Source: Candidatus Zhuqueibacterota bacterium
GTDB taxonomy: Bacteria; Zhuqueibacterota; Zhuqueibacteria; JANLFK01; Oleimicrobiaceae
Length of the DNA: 64,000 bases
Direction: 5' to 3'
NCBI GenBank assembly: GCA_024655945.1
Contig: JANLFK010000004.1
Coordinates: 545 to 64,544, forward strand
The stretch's first letter is position 1; every line of letters starts with the position of its first letter. Both the position numbers and the translations under genes were made by a program. The notes under the pieces are model-generated. The model was not told the origin of the DNA, did not search any database, and worked only from the letters and a program-made list of their open reading frames with translations. Positions 1-10,403 of the stretch are shown in pieces.

Positions 1-1474
1 TCGGTTCGCACCTCCAGGCTGTAGGCATCGACGTGACGACGATGCCGGCACCGTATGGCGTGGTTGTGTTCCTCCAGCAGGGATCAGAGGCCCAGGTTCC
101 CGGGCTCTCGGCTGCCCTGGACACGCTGAGCAGAAAAGGCCTGGCAGTGTATGTGGCGGCACCAAATGGCATAGCCGCAGACGGCGTCGCTACCCCAGGG
201 GTGCATTTCCTTCGAAAGGTTCCCCTCCGGGCTCGCGAAGCTCTTGGCTTTTCCGCCGGTGAGAGCGGCTTTGTGGTTTTTCAGAGGACAGGGGCTCTGT
301 GTTGGCAAGCTTTCAAGACGCGTGGAGTCGACTTGCTGCGCCGGCACCTCCTCCGTATCCATCCACCCTCGGCTTGGGGAGAGGAAACGGCACCTGATAC
401 AGGGTTGTGGCCAGCTTCCGAGGAAGAATTGGCCTCCTTCCCCTTCGACAGCCTCCTCCACAGTGCGCCTCGTGTTGACTTACACTTGGACCATGTGCCT
501 AGGGGCAGATTGCGGGTGATCAGGACCTTGGGGGACAAAGACAAACCTCCGCCTGGAGAGCCGGTGTTCGCCCAACCGATGGCCGTAGTAGTTGACCCCC
601 AGGGGCGGGTGTTGGTCCCTGACCCCCAACACCATTCGGTTTTTGTACTCTCACCCAACGGCGACCTGCTCAAGGTTCTGGGTGGCCCGGGAGAAGGGCG
701 GGCGAAATGGGCAGCCCTGTTGGCGTGGGCATCCGTGCCGACGGCGGGGTCGTTGTCGCTGAAGTTTGCTGCCGCTTGCACGAGTTTACGCCACAACTGC
801 GCTACCGGCGCACCTTCCACTGGCCCGTTGAAATTCTCCAGTTGAGTGGCAAACAGTTCGCTGTGATTGGGTCTGTGGCATTGGTAACACTACCCCCACT
901 CCCTCCTGCCCGCACCGACGTGATCCACTTGTTCGCGTTGGCCAGTGCAGAGCCGCGTCCGGTTGGCTCGTTTCTGCCCTACGCCACACCCCGCAGGTCG
1001 TTCAAAGAGCCGAGCCTGCAGCGAGGAGCCGTCTCTTCGCGAAACATAGTGGTGTTTGCCACCCACGCCAACCGGTATGTTGCCCTCTCCAGGGCAGGTG
1101 AGCCGCAACTGGTATTCTTGGACCTCCAACAGAGGCGTGCACGCAGGTTTGTGCTTAGGGGAAAGGCTGTAGAGACTGTACCTAAGGGGGACACCCCTGG
1201 TCCTCCGTATGCAGTGGTCCAGGTGGTAAAGGATATTGCCTTTGACCCCGGAGGAAGAATATATGTGCTCGTGAGGCGATACGGGATCCTGATACTGGAC
1301 CCTGGTACACTCGGGCGCGCATGGCTGTACACGCGCGCCGCCCCGACGGAACTCGACGCGCAGCTTGCGGACTACTATGGAGTGGCTGCTTCCAATGACC
1401 AGGTTTACCTCGTCTCCCCAGGCCTCGCCCAATTGGCCATTTGTTCTTGTGAGGGACTTGAGACCAAGGGCTAA
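1..1474 (+). pseudogene. Redoxin-like N-terminal domain plus NHL/6-bladed beta-propeller protein; 5' end outside the window, frameshift near 700
   Basis: Frame is open from position 3. The NHL repeat FAQPMAVVVDPQGRVLVPDPQHHSVFVLSPNGDLLKVLGGPGEG continues as GEMGSPVGVGIRADGGVVV in the frame of ORF 707..1474, and a further blade follows (VKDIAFDPGGRIYVL). The shift lies in a G-rich tract, so it may be a sequencing error. Confidence 0.65.
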
Positions 1475-1506
1475 CCAATCCCGCAAGCGGAAGGAGGACA
1501 AACGCC

Positions 1507-1806
1507 ATGATTCGCCGTTCAACTGCACGGGTTGTGCTGCCCATTGTGGTGGCTCTGTCCATCCTGGTCGGCCTGCTACTGCCCACCCCCAGAATGAGTT
1601 GGGGTCACGGCGGCGGTGTATGGACAGGCGTGAAGTTCTGTGAAGGGACTTCAATGCACAAGTGGGGGTGTCGAACCGGAGGGTGTGCCTGCGTCAGCTA
1701 CATGGGGGAGTGTTTCTGTTTGGCCGGTTGCCATAGGTGCGGGTGCATCAGCCTTGAGATGGTCTGGGTCGACGAGTGCCCGGGTGCCCCGATCTATATG
1801 GCCTGA
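1507..1806 (+). CDS. Secreted Cys-rich miniprotein (signal peptide plus 10-Cys domain)
   Basis: Strong RBS AAGGAGG upstream; basic N-terminus and hydrophobic stretch; probable cleavage at SWG|H; 10 Cys in the ~66-aa mature part. Confidence 0.75.
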   Translation: MIRRSTARVVLPIVVALSILVGLLLPTPRMSWGHGGGVWTGVKFCEGTSMHKWGCRTGGCACVSYMGECFCLAGCHRCGCISLEMVWVDECPGAPIYMA

Positions 1807-2345
1807 TGGAGTCACTTTCATGCTTCGGTGCCAGGGGTGTAGCCTGCAAGGGTGCAGGCATGGGAGGGCGAGCACGGGGGTCGCTGCGCCATTTCTCGCA
1901 CTAGCGGCGCGATGTTATCCTGGCTCCGGGTGTACGGCCAACCTTGCGGCACGGGAAGACGGCCACTGTGGCAGCGCGCATCCTTGTTGAACCCGCTGAC
2001 CTGGCTCTTTGCCCTTGCCTTGCGCCGCCTTCGTCCGGTCTGCGGGTTCATTTGCCGCCGAACACTGCGATGACCTCCCAGGCCGGCCCTATAGCCCGAG
2101 GAGCTGGAGATGCGGCACGCAGAGGGGCGAGATAGGAGCGCATGACCGCCGCTAAGGAGGCCCCCTTGTGGCAACCAAAGCAGCCCTACCCTAACCAGCG
2201 AGTACGGGGCCAATGCTGTGCACGTCATTGTGGGGCGTGAGGCCGCGAGAGTTGTACACAAGGCACTCAGCCACACCTGTTCCTGCGCGAACTCCCGCCA
2301 TGTCGCGGTCTTGCCGAATCCCGTCGAGCAGACTCGCGCCGAGCA

Positions 2346-2620
2346 TTAGCGCATAGTGGGGCAGGAGGCTTGGTTCGCGCGGCGTGCTGCGGCGTAGACG
2401 AACATCGCCAAACAGGAGGCCTCAAGGTCAGAGTCTGGCTTGGCCGGCACCTCATGCCACAGGCCCTCGGCCCGCTGACAGCTGGTTACGGCGAGCTTGT
2501 GCCGCCAAGCCAAATAGAGCACCCTTTTGCGCCGCTGATGCCGTTGGAGTAGTTGGACCGCAGCCCCCACCGGCCCGGTAAGTGGCCGGCCGTTTGCCGC
2601 CAGTGGGTTGCACTGCAGCC
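2346..2620 (-). pseudogene. C-terminal relic of a GH105/GH88 unsaturated (rhamno)galacturonyl hydrolase
   Basis: EGLWHEVPAKPDSDLEASCLAMFVYAAAR resembles the YteR-family GLWHQVLDxPDSYLETSxTAMFVYA motif. It lies downstream of the esterase and pectinesterase; no N-terminal half is present. Confidence 0.55.
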
Positions 2621-2800
2621 CGTCGCCCCCCAGTCCTCCAGTTCTTCCGTGGTCAACAGCCGCCCGAAAGGGTACGTGCACGTCGCCTGTGTAGCAGGCC
2701 GACAACAAGACGGACCCGAGACCAGCCCGGGTCACCTCGCTCCGTAGGGCTGGTGTCGCGCGTTCGCTCCGAATCCCACTGAGCCCCGCCAAGGCGCGCA

Positions 2801-3640
2801 CTACCTCTGCAGGTGTTTGCTGAAGAAGAGCAGGTGGTACTCAAGGGCGTTGCTCCAGTACGCCCACGTGTGGGCACCCGGCCGCTCGGTGTAGTCATGC
2901 GGGATCTTCAGCTCTATCATGCGGCTGTGCATTTGACGGTTGCTATCCAACAAGAAGTCGTCCATACCGCACTCCAGGAAGATGGCTTTGTTCCGGCCGG
3001 CCAGGCGACTGCAGAGGAACAGGGCGGAGTTTTCCTCCCACAGGCGTGGTGCCTGCTCGTATTCGCCCAACACATCGGCGAGGCCAGCGCGGCGGGCCGC
3101 AGGAGTGAGGGTCATGGCGCCGCTCAAGCATCCCGCTCCTGCGAAACGCTCGGGGTACTTTGCCAAAAGAGTGAAGGCCCCATGACCACCCATGCTCAGG
3201 CCGCAGAGGAACCTGCCGGTGGAATCGGCGATCGTGCGGTAGTGCGCGTCCACATGGTCGACGACCTCCTTGGCAATGTAGGTCTCGTATTGCGAGTCCT
3301 TGCGCAAGGGGCTGTCGAGATACCAGCTGGCGTAGCCCCCGTCCGGGCAGACCAGAATGAACTGGTAGCGGTCGGCCAACGGCTTCAGGTCAGCCTTGGT
3401 CGGCCAGTCGCGATAGGAGCCGCTCCACCCATGGAGGAGATAGACCACAGGGAATTTCTCCTGGCTCGTGAGATAGCGTTCCGGGAGAACGACCACCGCT
3501 TGCGCCGCTTTCGCCATGGCAGGACTGAAGATAGCCACCGTATCCACCTGCGCCGCCTCGACACGAACGGCGAGGCCGGCGAGCGCACAGGTGAGAAGTG
3601 CAGCCAGAAGCAGCGGAGCACGGGGACGGATGCTCATCAT
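2801..3640 (-). CDS. Secreted alpha/beta-hydrolase esterase (CE1/tributyrin-esterase-like)
   Basis: PVVYLLHG, nucleophile GLSMGG, GAHTWAYW; signal peptide; RBS AAGGAGG before ATG 3640. Confidence 0.85.
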   Translation of the reverse strand: MMSIRPRAPLLLAALLTCALAGLAVRVEAAQVDTVAIFSPAMAKAAQAVVVLPERYLTSQEKFPVVYLLHGWSGSYRDWPTKADLKPLADRYQFILVCPDGGYASWYLDSPLRKDSQYETYIAKEVVDHVDAHYRTIADSTGRFLCGLSMGGHGAFTLLAKYPERFAGAGCLSGAMTLTPAARRAGLADVLGEYEQAPRLWEENSALFLCSRLAGRNKAIFLECGMDDFLLDSNRQMHSRMIELKIPHDYTERPGAHTWAYWSNALEYHLLFFSKHLQR

Positions 3641-3900
3641 GTCTGCTGACCTCCTTATGGTTAGGATCAGGGATATTGGGAAAAGTGACAACTTTCCAGT
3701 CCTCGGGCGACTCCGGGCCGCTCTCCGGCCAGCGCACCGCACATCTTCGCCAAGGCACCAAAGGCCTGCTCACTACCCACGAGCGGGTTACCACGTCGAG
3801 CGCGATTCCCCACAACGCTTCTGGTTCTGTGAGCGCCGTGGGTTTTGGGCTCTCATCGAGGGTTGGTTTTGCATCGGGTGGTTCGGCCCAGTCCCTTCCC

Positions 3901-4935
3901 TCAGCGTACCTCCCCGCTGAGAGCGGCGGGATTCCAGCCGTCCCCTCCAGCCAGGACATTTTCCAGAGTGAAGGCCTTGGCCTCTGCGTCGCTGAGTTGA
4001 CGTGCCCACGACACTCGTTGCCGGGGGTGCGCGCCGGGGCCGCTGCTTTGCCACTCGGCGAAGCGCACTGTACTCTCGCACTCTGGCTTGCCCCAGTTAT
4101 GCCAGCCTTCGGGTCTCACCACCTCGGACATGCTCGTGTTCAGGAACGCCACAGCTGCGTGCGCTCGCCATGGTCGGCCGAGATAGGTCTGCACGCCAGG
4201 CTCGCCGCTGATGGTGCAGTGAGAGAAGACAAAGCCAAAGGGCTGAGCAGCCGGGGTGGAGGCTGCGGTTATGTAGCCATTGCCGCGACAGTGAATGTGG
4301 CAATGGTCGAACAAGGCGGTTCCCCCGCCGAAGACAAAGTCAACGTGTCCAGCGACGTAGCAGTCGCGGAAGTAGACGCGCCTTCGGTTGAGCAAGATAG
4401 TGTCCTGCCAACCGAGGAAGCGGCAGTTCCTGAATACTACTCTGTCCCCATCCACGCGAAGGGCCACGGCCTGGGCCACCGGGCCGGCTGCATTCTCGAA
4501 CGTGATGTTCTCGGCCACAAAGTCGTCGCCATCCACCACCACCGTCGGGGTGCGAAACGTGCCGATCGGCTTGCCGTCGAGCCCGACCACCTTCGCGTGC
4601 AGGTCGTAGGTGATGACCGTCGACTCCGGAGCCGCCCCCACCAGCCGGATGCAGCCCCGTTCGCGCTGCACGTATACTAACTCGCGGTAGGTGCCGGCCT
4701 TGACAAGGACCACCCACCGGTTCTTGGGCGTGGTCGAGTGCGGCGCCGCCATGATGGCCTCCTGGATGGAGGTGAAATCCCCGCTGCCATCTGCGGCTAC
4801 CACTGCATCAAAGCGAGGTGGAGACGTGGCCTCCCTGTCCACGTGCGCCTGGCGAGGACAGCAGCAGAGTGTTGTTACCGCCAGAGAAAGCGCGAAGAGA
4901 GAAATCAGCTTGCCATAATCCATGGCCTTACTCAC
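3901..4935 (-). CDS. Pectin methylesterase (CE8), probably exported or a lipoprotein
   Basis: VAADGSGDFTSIQEAI, GTYRE, QAVAL, GWQDT, GHVDFVFG, YLGRPW motifs. Confidence 0.92.
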   Translation of the reverse strand: MSKAMDYGKLISLFALSLAVTTLCCCPRQAHVDREATSPPRFDAVVAADGSGDFTSIQEAIMAAPHSTTPKNRWVVLVKAGTYRELVYVQRERGCIRLVGAAPESTVITYDLHAKVVGLDGKPIGTFRTPTVVVDGDDFVAENITFENAAGPVAQAVALRVDGDRVVFRNCRFLGWQDTILLNRRRVYFRDCYVAGHVDFVFGGGTALFDHCHIHCRGNGYITAASTPAAQPFGFVFSHCTISGEPGVQTYLGRPWRAHAAVAFLNTSMSEVVRPEGWHNWGKPECESTVRFAEWQSSGPGAHPRQRVSWARQLSDAEAKAFTLENVLAGGDGWNPAALSGEVR

Positions 4936-5180
4936 TCATCACGCACGCGGGGCCCAAAAACGCCGGCCGGCTGTTGCTGGCAGCTCCCAGCAAAGGGCCG
5001 GAGAGCCGGAAAGAGCACCGGCTCCCTTGCCCGGCATCCACACCTACCTCGGCGCGTCCTTGCCAACGATTTGCCGGAAGTCCACCCTGGGCCGCCATGT
5101 CCACTTGGCAAAGTCCTTCAGTTGGGGCCAATGCCACCGGCGCAGCAACCCAAGAGGCACTGTCAGCAGCAGCCGCCACC

Positions 5181-6821
5181 TCAGCGCTTTTCCACATCTG
5201 TCTTGCCGACGAGAAACCGGTCATAGGCCACTAATCCTAGTATCGTCAGCACGCCGATGCCGCTGAACAGGAGCCACAGCGTGCGCGGCTGATGCAAGGT
5301 GTCGACAAAGTGCACATAGAGGTGCGCTCCCAAGATGGCGCCCACGCTGCTGCCGATTACCCCATAGAGGAAGATGTAGCCCATATACGTGGCCACGCGG
5401 TCTTTTGGGGCAGTCATGCCTACGTAGGAAAAGAACTTCGGGTGGGCGGTCATCTCGCCAATGGAGAAGATGATAATGCCCACGATAAAGACCCAAATGC
5501 TCGGCGAAATGGCCAGGATAGCCATCCCTACGGTGCCGAACAGTATGCCGGCCACCATCGTGGGCAGCGCACGAGTCTTCCTGACGATGGCCGAGACAAT
5601 GAGTTGCAGTGCGATGATGGTGCCGGCGTTGATGACCGTCACATGTTCGACGTCGAAGAACCAGTTGATGCGCAGGCCGACTGCGTGGAGGGCGGCATTG
5701 ACAACCCTGTTCAGGGGCGCGGCATTCACATAGTCGTTCACGTACCAGAGCACCGAGTCGAACATCTGGAAGTAGAGGATCCAAAATCCCGAGTAGATGA
5801 GGATCATCAGCAGGAAGCGCGCGTTGGCCCTGGCTCGCGCCATGTCCTGGTACTCGATGGTGAGCAGCGAAAAGACCGTGGCGTAGATGACGCTCACCAC
5901 GATCCTGGTGAATAGGGACAGGCCGGGCAGGAGCCAAAACAGGACGCCAACAGCCGCGATGCCCGCAGGAACAAGCCGGGAGCGGCGGCCTCGCCACCGC
6001 ACAGCCAGAATGGCCAAGCTAACCACCAAGAGGACTGCCACGAAGAGCAGGAAAACGCTCCCTGCGGTGACGAAGAGAGCTATCCCGCCGAGGACTATGA
6101 GCGAACCGATGGCCAATCCCACGGCGCCCGCAGCCCCCCTTTGCCGCAGGAGGTAGAACAACAGCACGAACGGGCTGAAGACGATTTCGAAGGCGTTGGC
6201 AAGCGTGGTGAGGAGATTGGTGGTCGACTTGGGTCGCGCGGGGTCGCGGTAGGCCAAGAGCGTGGGAATGAGCATCGAGCCGGTGGCCAGCGCCGAGGCC
6301 AAAATGACCGTGCGCGGGCCAAAGCTATTCTTGAGGTACGGCACCAGGATGAGGGGGAACAAGAACGCCCCCAAGTTAATGGACCAGTAGTAGATGCCGA
6401 ATCCCAACGAGCTGGTGCTCTCGTCTGTGGTCCGGGCGATGGTGCCGGAGATAATCGGCTTGAACACGCCAGCGCCCAAGCCCATGACCACGAGGGAGGC
6501 AAAGACCGCAGTGTAGGAGGTTACCTGGCTGGTCAGAAAGTAGCCCGCTCCCAAGAGGCTGAAGGAGACGAGCAGCGTGCGCCTGTATCCGAAGCGATCG
6601 GCTACCGCGCCGCTGAGGATGGGAAGGAAGTAGAGCAGCGGCTGGATGGTTCCCTTGATGAGGCCCACGCTCTCTTTGGCAAAATGGAGCTGTCCTGTCA
6701 GGTAAACCGAGAGAAAGCTCATCATCCCGTAGTAGGCCCCTCTCTCAAAGAACTCGAAGACGATCGACACCCAAAACGTGCGCGAAAAGCCTGAGAGGCG
6801 ACTCTTCTTCTGTTGGTCCAT
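5181..6821 (-). CDS. MFS transporter, POT/PTR peptide-transporter-like, with extra central TM helices
   Basis: EFFERGAYYGM (ExxERxxYY motif), GAVADRFGYRR, YYWSINLGA. Confidence 0.85.
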   Translation of the reverse strand: MDQQKKSRLSGFSRTFWVSIVFEFFERGAYYGMMSFLSVYLTGQLHFAKESVGLIKGTIQPLLYFLPILSGAVADRFGYRRTLLVSFSLLGAGYFLTSQVTSYTAVFASLVVMGLGAGVFKPIISGTIARTTDESTSSLGFGIYYWSINLGAFLFPLILVPYLKNSFGPRTVILASALATGSMLIPTLLAYRDPARPKSTTNLLTTLANAFEIVFSPFVLLFYLLRQRGAAGAVGLAIGSLIVLGGIALFVTAGSVFLLFVAVLLVVSLAILAVRWRGRRSRLVPAGIAAVGVLFWLLPGLSLFTRIVVSVIYATVFSLLTIEYQDMARARANARFLLMILIYSGFWILYFQMFDSVLWYVNDYVNAAPLNRVVNAALHAVGLRINWFFDVEHVTVINAGTIIALQLIVSAIVRKTRALPTMVAGILFGTVGMAILAISPSIWVFIVGIIIFSIGEMTAHPKFFSYVGMTAPKDRVATYMGYIFLYGVIGSSVGAILGAHLYVHFVDTLHQPRTLWLLFSGIGVLTILGLVAYDRFLVGKTDVEKR

Positions 6822-7274
6822 GCAGTCCTCGTTGTCTTTCGGAGCCCGCCTTCCTACTGCCGGCAACGGGCGCTCGGGAGATGCACGTTGTGGCCCCCCT
6901 CTTCTGCCCTCGTCCCGCATGCCCTGACCCCCACAAGGGCTCCTGCCTTCAGAGCCTGTTCAGGTTCTTTCTTGTGACCGAGATTTGTCTCCGCCTTCAG
7001 TCTTGAGCCAGGATCCACTTTCCCCATGGCCAGTGCCACTGCGGGCCCGAGAATGCCGGAGCATCGCCCAGAGGAGCCTGCGGGATCGGACCCCTGTAGC
7101 CGACTTCGGCAACCAGGGAAAAGGGAGCTGCGTGGAGCGAGGCAAACAGTGCAATGCGCGCAGAGCGGTGTCTTGGGCAACTATCTCACCACGCGCAGGT
7201 CCCCACGCTCCTTCCTGCTTTGCCAAGATGCCGGGCGCAGTGTCGCCGGGGATGGCCGCAGACGGCCGTTCCCA

Positions 7275-8807
7275 CTATGCGTTCACCAATCCGGCCACCT
7301 CCGTAAAGGTGTTACGCAGCAGCGGGTAGAGGCTGCGATAGAGTCGATAGTACCGCTCGTACAGCGTAGCGACTTCGGCTCTGGGCTTGGTCGCGCTGAC
7401 GACGCGAATGGTGGCCTGGCATGCCTCGGGGACGGATGCGTACAGGCCCGTTCCCACACCCGCCAGGAGCGCCACGCCGAACGCGGGCCCCTCCTCCACG
7501 TTGATGCTGGTCACGGGCGCGCCGAACACATCGGCTTGGATCTGACGCCACAGGGCGCTCCTCCCGCCGCCGCCAGATGCGCGGATCTGCTGGGCCTCGA
7601 TGTGCTGCTCGCGCATGATCTCCAACGAGTCGCGCATGCCAAAGGTGACCCCCTCCAGCACCGCTCGTACCAGGTGCGCTTTGCTGTGTCGCAGGCTCAA
7701 GCCGATGAACACCCCCCGCGCGTTAGGATCGGGGTACGGTGTCCGCTCTCCCGCCAAGTAGGGGAGAAAGACCAGCCCCTCTGCCCCTGGCGGCACCGAC
7801 GCCGCGGCCGCAGTGAGCAGCTCATACACCTCAACGCCCTGTTCGCGAGCCCGGGCTACTTCCTCCTGGCAGAGGGCATCCCGGAACCAGCGCAGGGAGC
7901 CGCCAGCGGAAAGCATAACCCCCATCATGTGCCACTTGCCGGGAACAGCGTGGCAGAAGGTGTGCAATCGCCCTTGTGGGTCCATTTCCGGCTTGTCGGC
8001 GAAGGCAAATACCACCCCGGAAGTGCCGAGAGTAGATGAGAGGATGCCCTTGCTCACCACGCCGGTGCCGACTGCTCCCGCGGCCTGGTCGCCACCTCCA
8101 CCCACTACCGGCGTCCCTTCGCGCAGGCCGGTTTGCTCCGCGGCAATGCGGCTCACCTTGGCCGTCGCCACCGGCGACTCGGCACACTCCGGCAGGAACT
8201 CGCGGGGGATGTCCAGTATCTCCAGCAGTTCTTTGCACCACGTACGGTTCTTGACGTCAAAGAGGAGGGTCCCCGAAGCATCCGAAACCTCGGTGGCAAA
8301 GGTGCCGGTGAGGCGGAACCGCACATAGTCCTTGGGCAGCAGGATGGTGCGCACCCGTTCGTAGTGCTGCGGCTCGTTTTTGCGCAGCCAGAGGATCTTG
8401 GGGGCGGTGAAGCCGGTGAGCGCAGGGTTGCAGGCCAACTCCATGAGGCGCGCCGCGCCCACCCGTGAGGTAATCTCGGCACACTCCTCCCCGGTGCGCT
8501 GGTCGTTCCACAGGATAGCCGGGCGAATGACCTGGTGGTCCTCGTCAAGGAAAACGGCACCATGCATCTGCCCGGAAAGGCCGATGCCGGCAATCTGCGC
8601 GGCCGCACCTGGCACCTTGGCCAAGACGGCCCCTATGCTTGCACACACGGCCCGCCACCAGTCTTCTGGGTCCTGTTCAGACCAGTTGGGACGGGGCGTA
8701 TGCAACGGGTATTCTTCGGTTGCCGAGGCCACCACCTTCCCGTCCTCCTGAATGAGCAGGGTCTTCGTTCCGGTGGTCCCGACGTCAATGCCGAGCAGGT
8801 ATGCCAT
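7275..8807 (-). CDS. xylB: Xylulokinase (FGGY family)
   Basis: LGIDVGTTGTK, SGQMHG, ILWNDQR, GGGDQAAG, GTSGV, PYLAGERTP; RBS GAGGAGG. Confidence 0.9.
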   Translation of the reverse strand: MAYLLGIDVGTTGTKTLLIQEDGKVVASATEEYPLHTPRPNWSEQDPEDWWRAVCASIGAVLAKVPGAAAQIAGIGLSGQMHGAVFLDEDHQVIRPAILWNDQRTGEECAEITSRVGAARLMELACNPALTGFTAPKILWLRKNEPQHYERVRTILLPKDYVRFRLTGTFATEVSDASGTLLFDVKNRTWCKELLEILDIPREFLPECAESPVATAKVSRIAAEQTGLREGTPVVGGGGDQAAGAVGTGVVSKGILSSTLGTSGVVFAFADKPEMDPQGRLHTFCHAVPGKWHMMGVMLSAGGSLRWFRDALCQEEVARAREQGVEVYELLTAAAASVPPGAEGLVFLPYLAGERTPYPDPNARGVFIGLSLRHSKAHLVRAVLEGVTFGMRDSLEIMREQHIEAQQIRASGGGGRSALWRQIQADVFGAPVTSINVEEGPAFGVALLAGVGTGLYASVPEACQATIRVVSATKPRAEVATLYERYYRLYRSLYPLLRNTFTEVAGLVNA

Positions 8808-8846
8808 TGCTTCCCTCCTCGATGGTGGTTCTTCCCATCCCGAGTC

Positions 8847-10403
8847 TCAATCGTGCTGCGCCGGCAGGAGGTGAATGACCGTGAGCTCCGGCCGGCAAAA
8901 CAGACGGAAGGGGACAAGAGCGTTCCCTATTCCCCGGTTCACGTACAGCTTGGTGTGGCCAAAGGAAAACATTCCTGATGCGTAGTGCCTGCCGAGATTC
9001 GTCTGGCTGAACAGAGCGCCGATTCCCGGCAGGCGAATCTGTCCGCCATGAGTATGGCCGGCCAGGACGAGGTCGATGCCCAGGTCTTCTGCCGGACGTA
9101 CCATGTCCGGCGAGTGGGCCAAGAGCAGGCGGAAGGCCCCGTCTGGGATGCCGCTTGCTGCTACACGTATCCCCTCCCGTTCCAGCGCAAAATCCAACCA
9201 GCCCTCCGGATCTGGACTTTTGCCGCAGAACGGTTCGCTCAGCAAAACCGTGTCGCGAGAAATGCTCACCACGCACAGGTCGGCGAAGCGGCGGGTGCCT
9301 TGGCCATGACTCCAGAGCCCCACTGTGCCGCGAGTATGGCGCGCCCCAGAAGTGTCAACAAGTGTGAGTTGCCAACTCGCTGGCTCAAGACTGCCTTCTT
9401 CCCACACCTTGGCGTTGACCGTCGTACGATCGCTGTCCGACTGGGCCCTGATGCGAAACCGGTACCAGCAGTCCGCCTGGGCGGAGAGCGCCAGTTCCAC
9501 GGGGGGCACAGGCGAACCGTGGGCGTCCAGGCGGAAACCGGACAGCCCTTGGCGCCAACGCAGGCGGTAAAAGCGGTCCTCGCCACTGCCGAACCCGGAG
9601 TAGACGGTGACCCCCATGCCGGCTTCTCCGGAGCCTGAGTAGCTCATGGCGCAGGTGTACTCATAGTCTTGCCAAGATGCGCTGCCAGGCCCCACAAAGT
9701 GGGAATAGGCATTGTCCATAGAGGACCCTGCCTGGAGGAAACATCTTCCCCCGCTCTTGGCAGTGGTAAAGTCGGCATAGAGGGCAGGGTGGAGGGAGAA
9801 AAAGTCCGCGCCAAGCAAGTAGAGCGAACTCCCCCCGAGATCGACGCGCTGGTGCTGGTTGCAGAGCACCGTGGCACCAGTGACGCGCAGTGCATCCAAA
9901 GCGGTGTTGTTGAGTTCTTTTTGCACCACCAGCTCATTGTTGCCCCGCACGATGAAGACGCCATGCCTTGCGCACAGCATGGCGATGAATTCGCGCACCG
10001 CGGCCAAGGCGGGCTGCAGCTGAGCCGACCGTTCCTCGGCTAACCAGTGCGAGGAGCCTATGAGGTCGCCGGTGATGACGATGAGGTCCGGTGCAAAGCT
10101 ATTTGCCTCCTCTGCAACTCTGCGGTGGAAGTCGGTAAGAGCGCGCATGTGAAGGTCAGAAAGCAGCACGATGGTGACTGCCTCTGAGCCCGGCGGCAGC
10201 TTTTCGCTGGACAGAAAGAGGTGAGTGACCTGCAGGCGAGAGGGCTCGATCCAGCGGGCGTAGGCCAGAAGTGCTGCCAGCAGAAGAAAGCCGAAGAACA
10301 GGATGAGGCCGATCCGCGTCTGGGTGCGGTCGACCTCCGCAAGGGGGCTGAGCCTCCACGAGGCCGTGCTGGGGGCTTCCACTCTTCCTGGCTGCGAAGT
10401 CAT
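8847..10403 (-). CDS. Membrane-anchored calcineurin-like metallophosphoesterase (YkuE-like) with an inserted beta-sandwich (DUF1080/ConA-like) domain
   Basis: SDLH, TGD, GNNE, AHSPD and GHTHGGQ motifs, with a ~200-aa beta-rich insert (WQDYEY...WYRFRI...GTVGL...FADL). Confidence 0.8.
   Translation of the reverse strand: MTSQPGRVEAPSTASWRLSPLAEVDRTQTRIGLILFFGFLLLAALLAYARWIEPSRLQVTHLFLSSEKLPPGSEAVTIVLLSDLHMRALTDFHRRVAEEANSFAPDLIVITGDLIGSSHWLAEERSAQLQPALAAVREFIAMLCARHGVFIVRGNNELVVQKELNNTALDALRVTGATVLCNQHQRVDLGGSSLYLLGADFFSLHPALYADFTTAKSGGRCFLQAGSSMDNAYSHFVGPGSASWQDYEYTCAMSYSGSGEAGMGVTVYSGFGSGEDRFYRLRWRQGLSGFRLDAHGSPVPPVELALSAQADCWYRFRIRAQSDSDRTTVNAKVWEEGSLEPASWQLTLVDTSGARHTRGTVGLWSHGQGTRRFADLCVVSISRDTVLLSEPFCGKSPDPEGWLDFALEREGIRVAASGIPDGAFRLLLAHSPDMVRPAEDLGIDLVLAGHTHGGQIRLPGIGALFSQTNLGRHYASGMFSFGHTKLYVNRGIGNALVPFRLFCRPELTVIHLLPAQHD

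Noticed and set aside
3598..4680. Long antisense or alternative-frame ORFs (e.g. 3598..4680, 7026..8039, 16382..17689, 22496..23614, 42861..44336)
   Set aside because: Shadow ORFs of well-supported genes in GC-rich DNA, with no motifs of their own.
6830..7270. Possible riboswitch or small gene upstream of the POT transporter
   Set aside because: No recognisable aptamer consensus or credible ORF.
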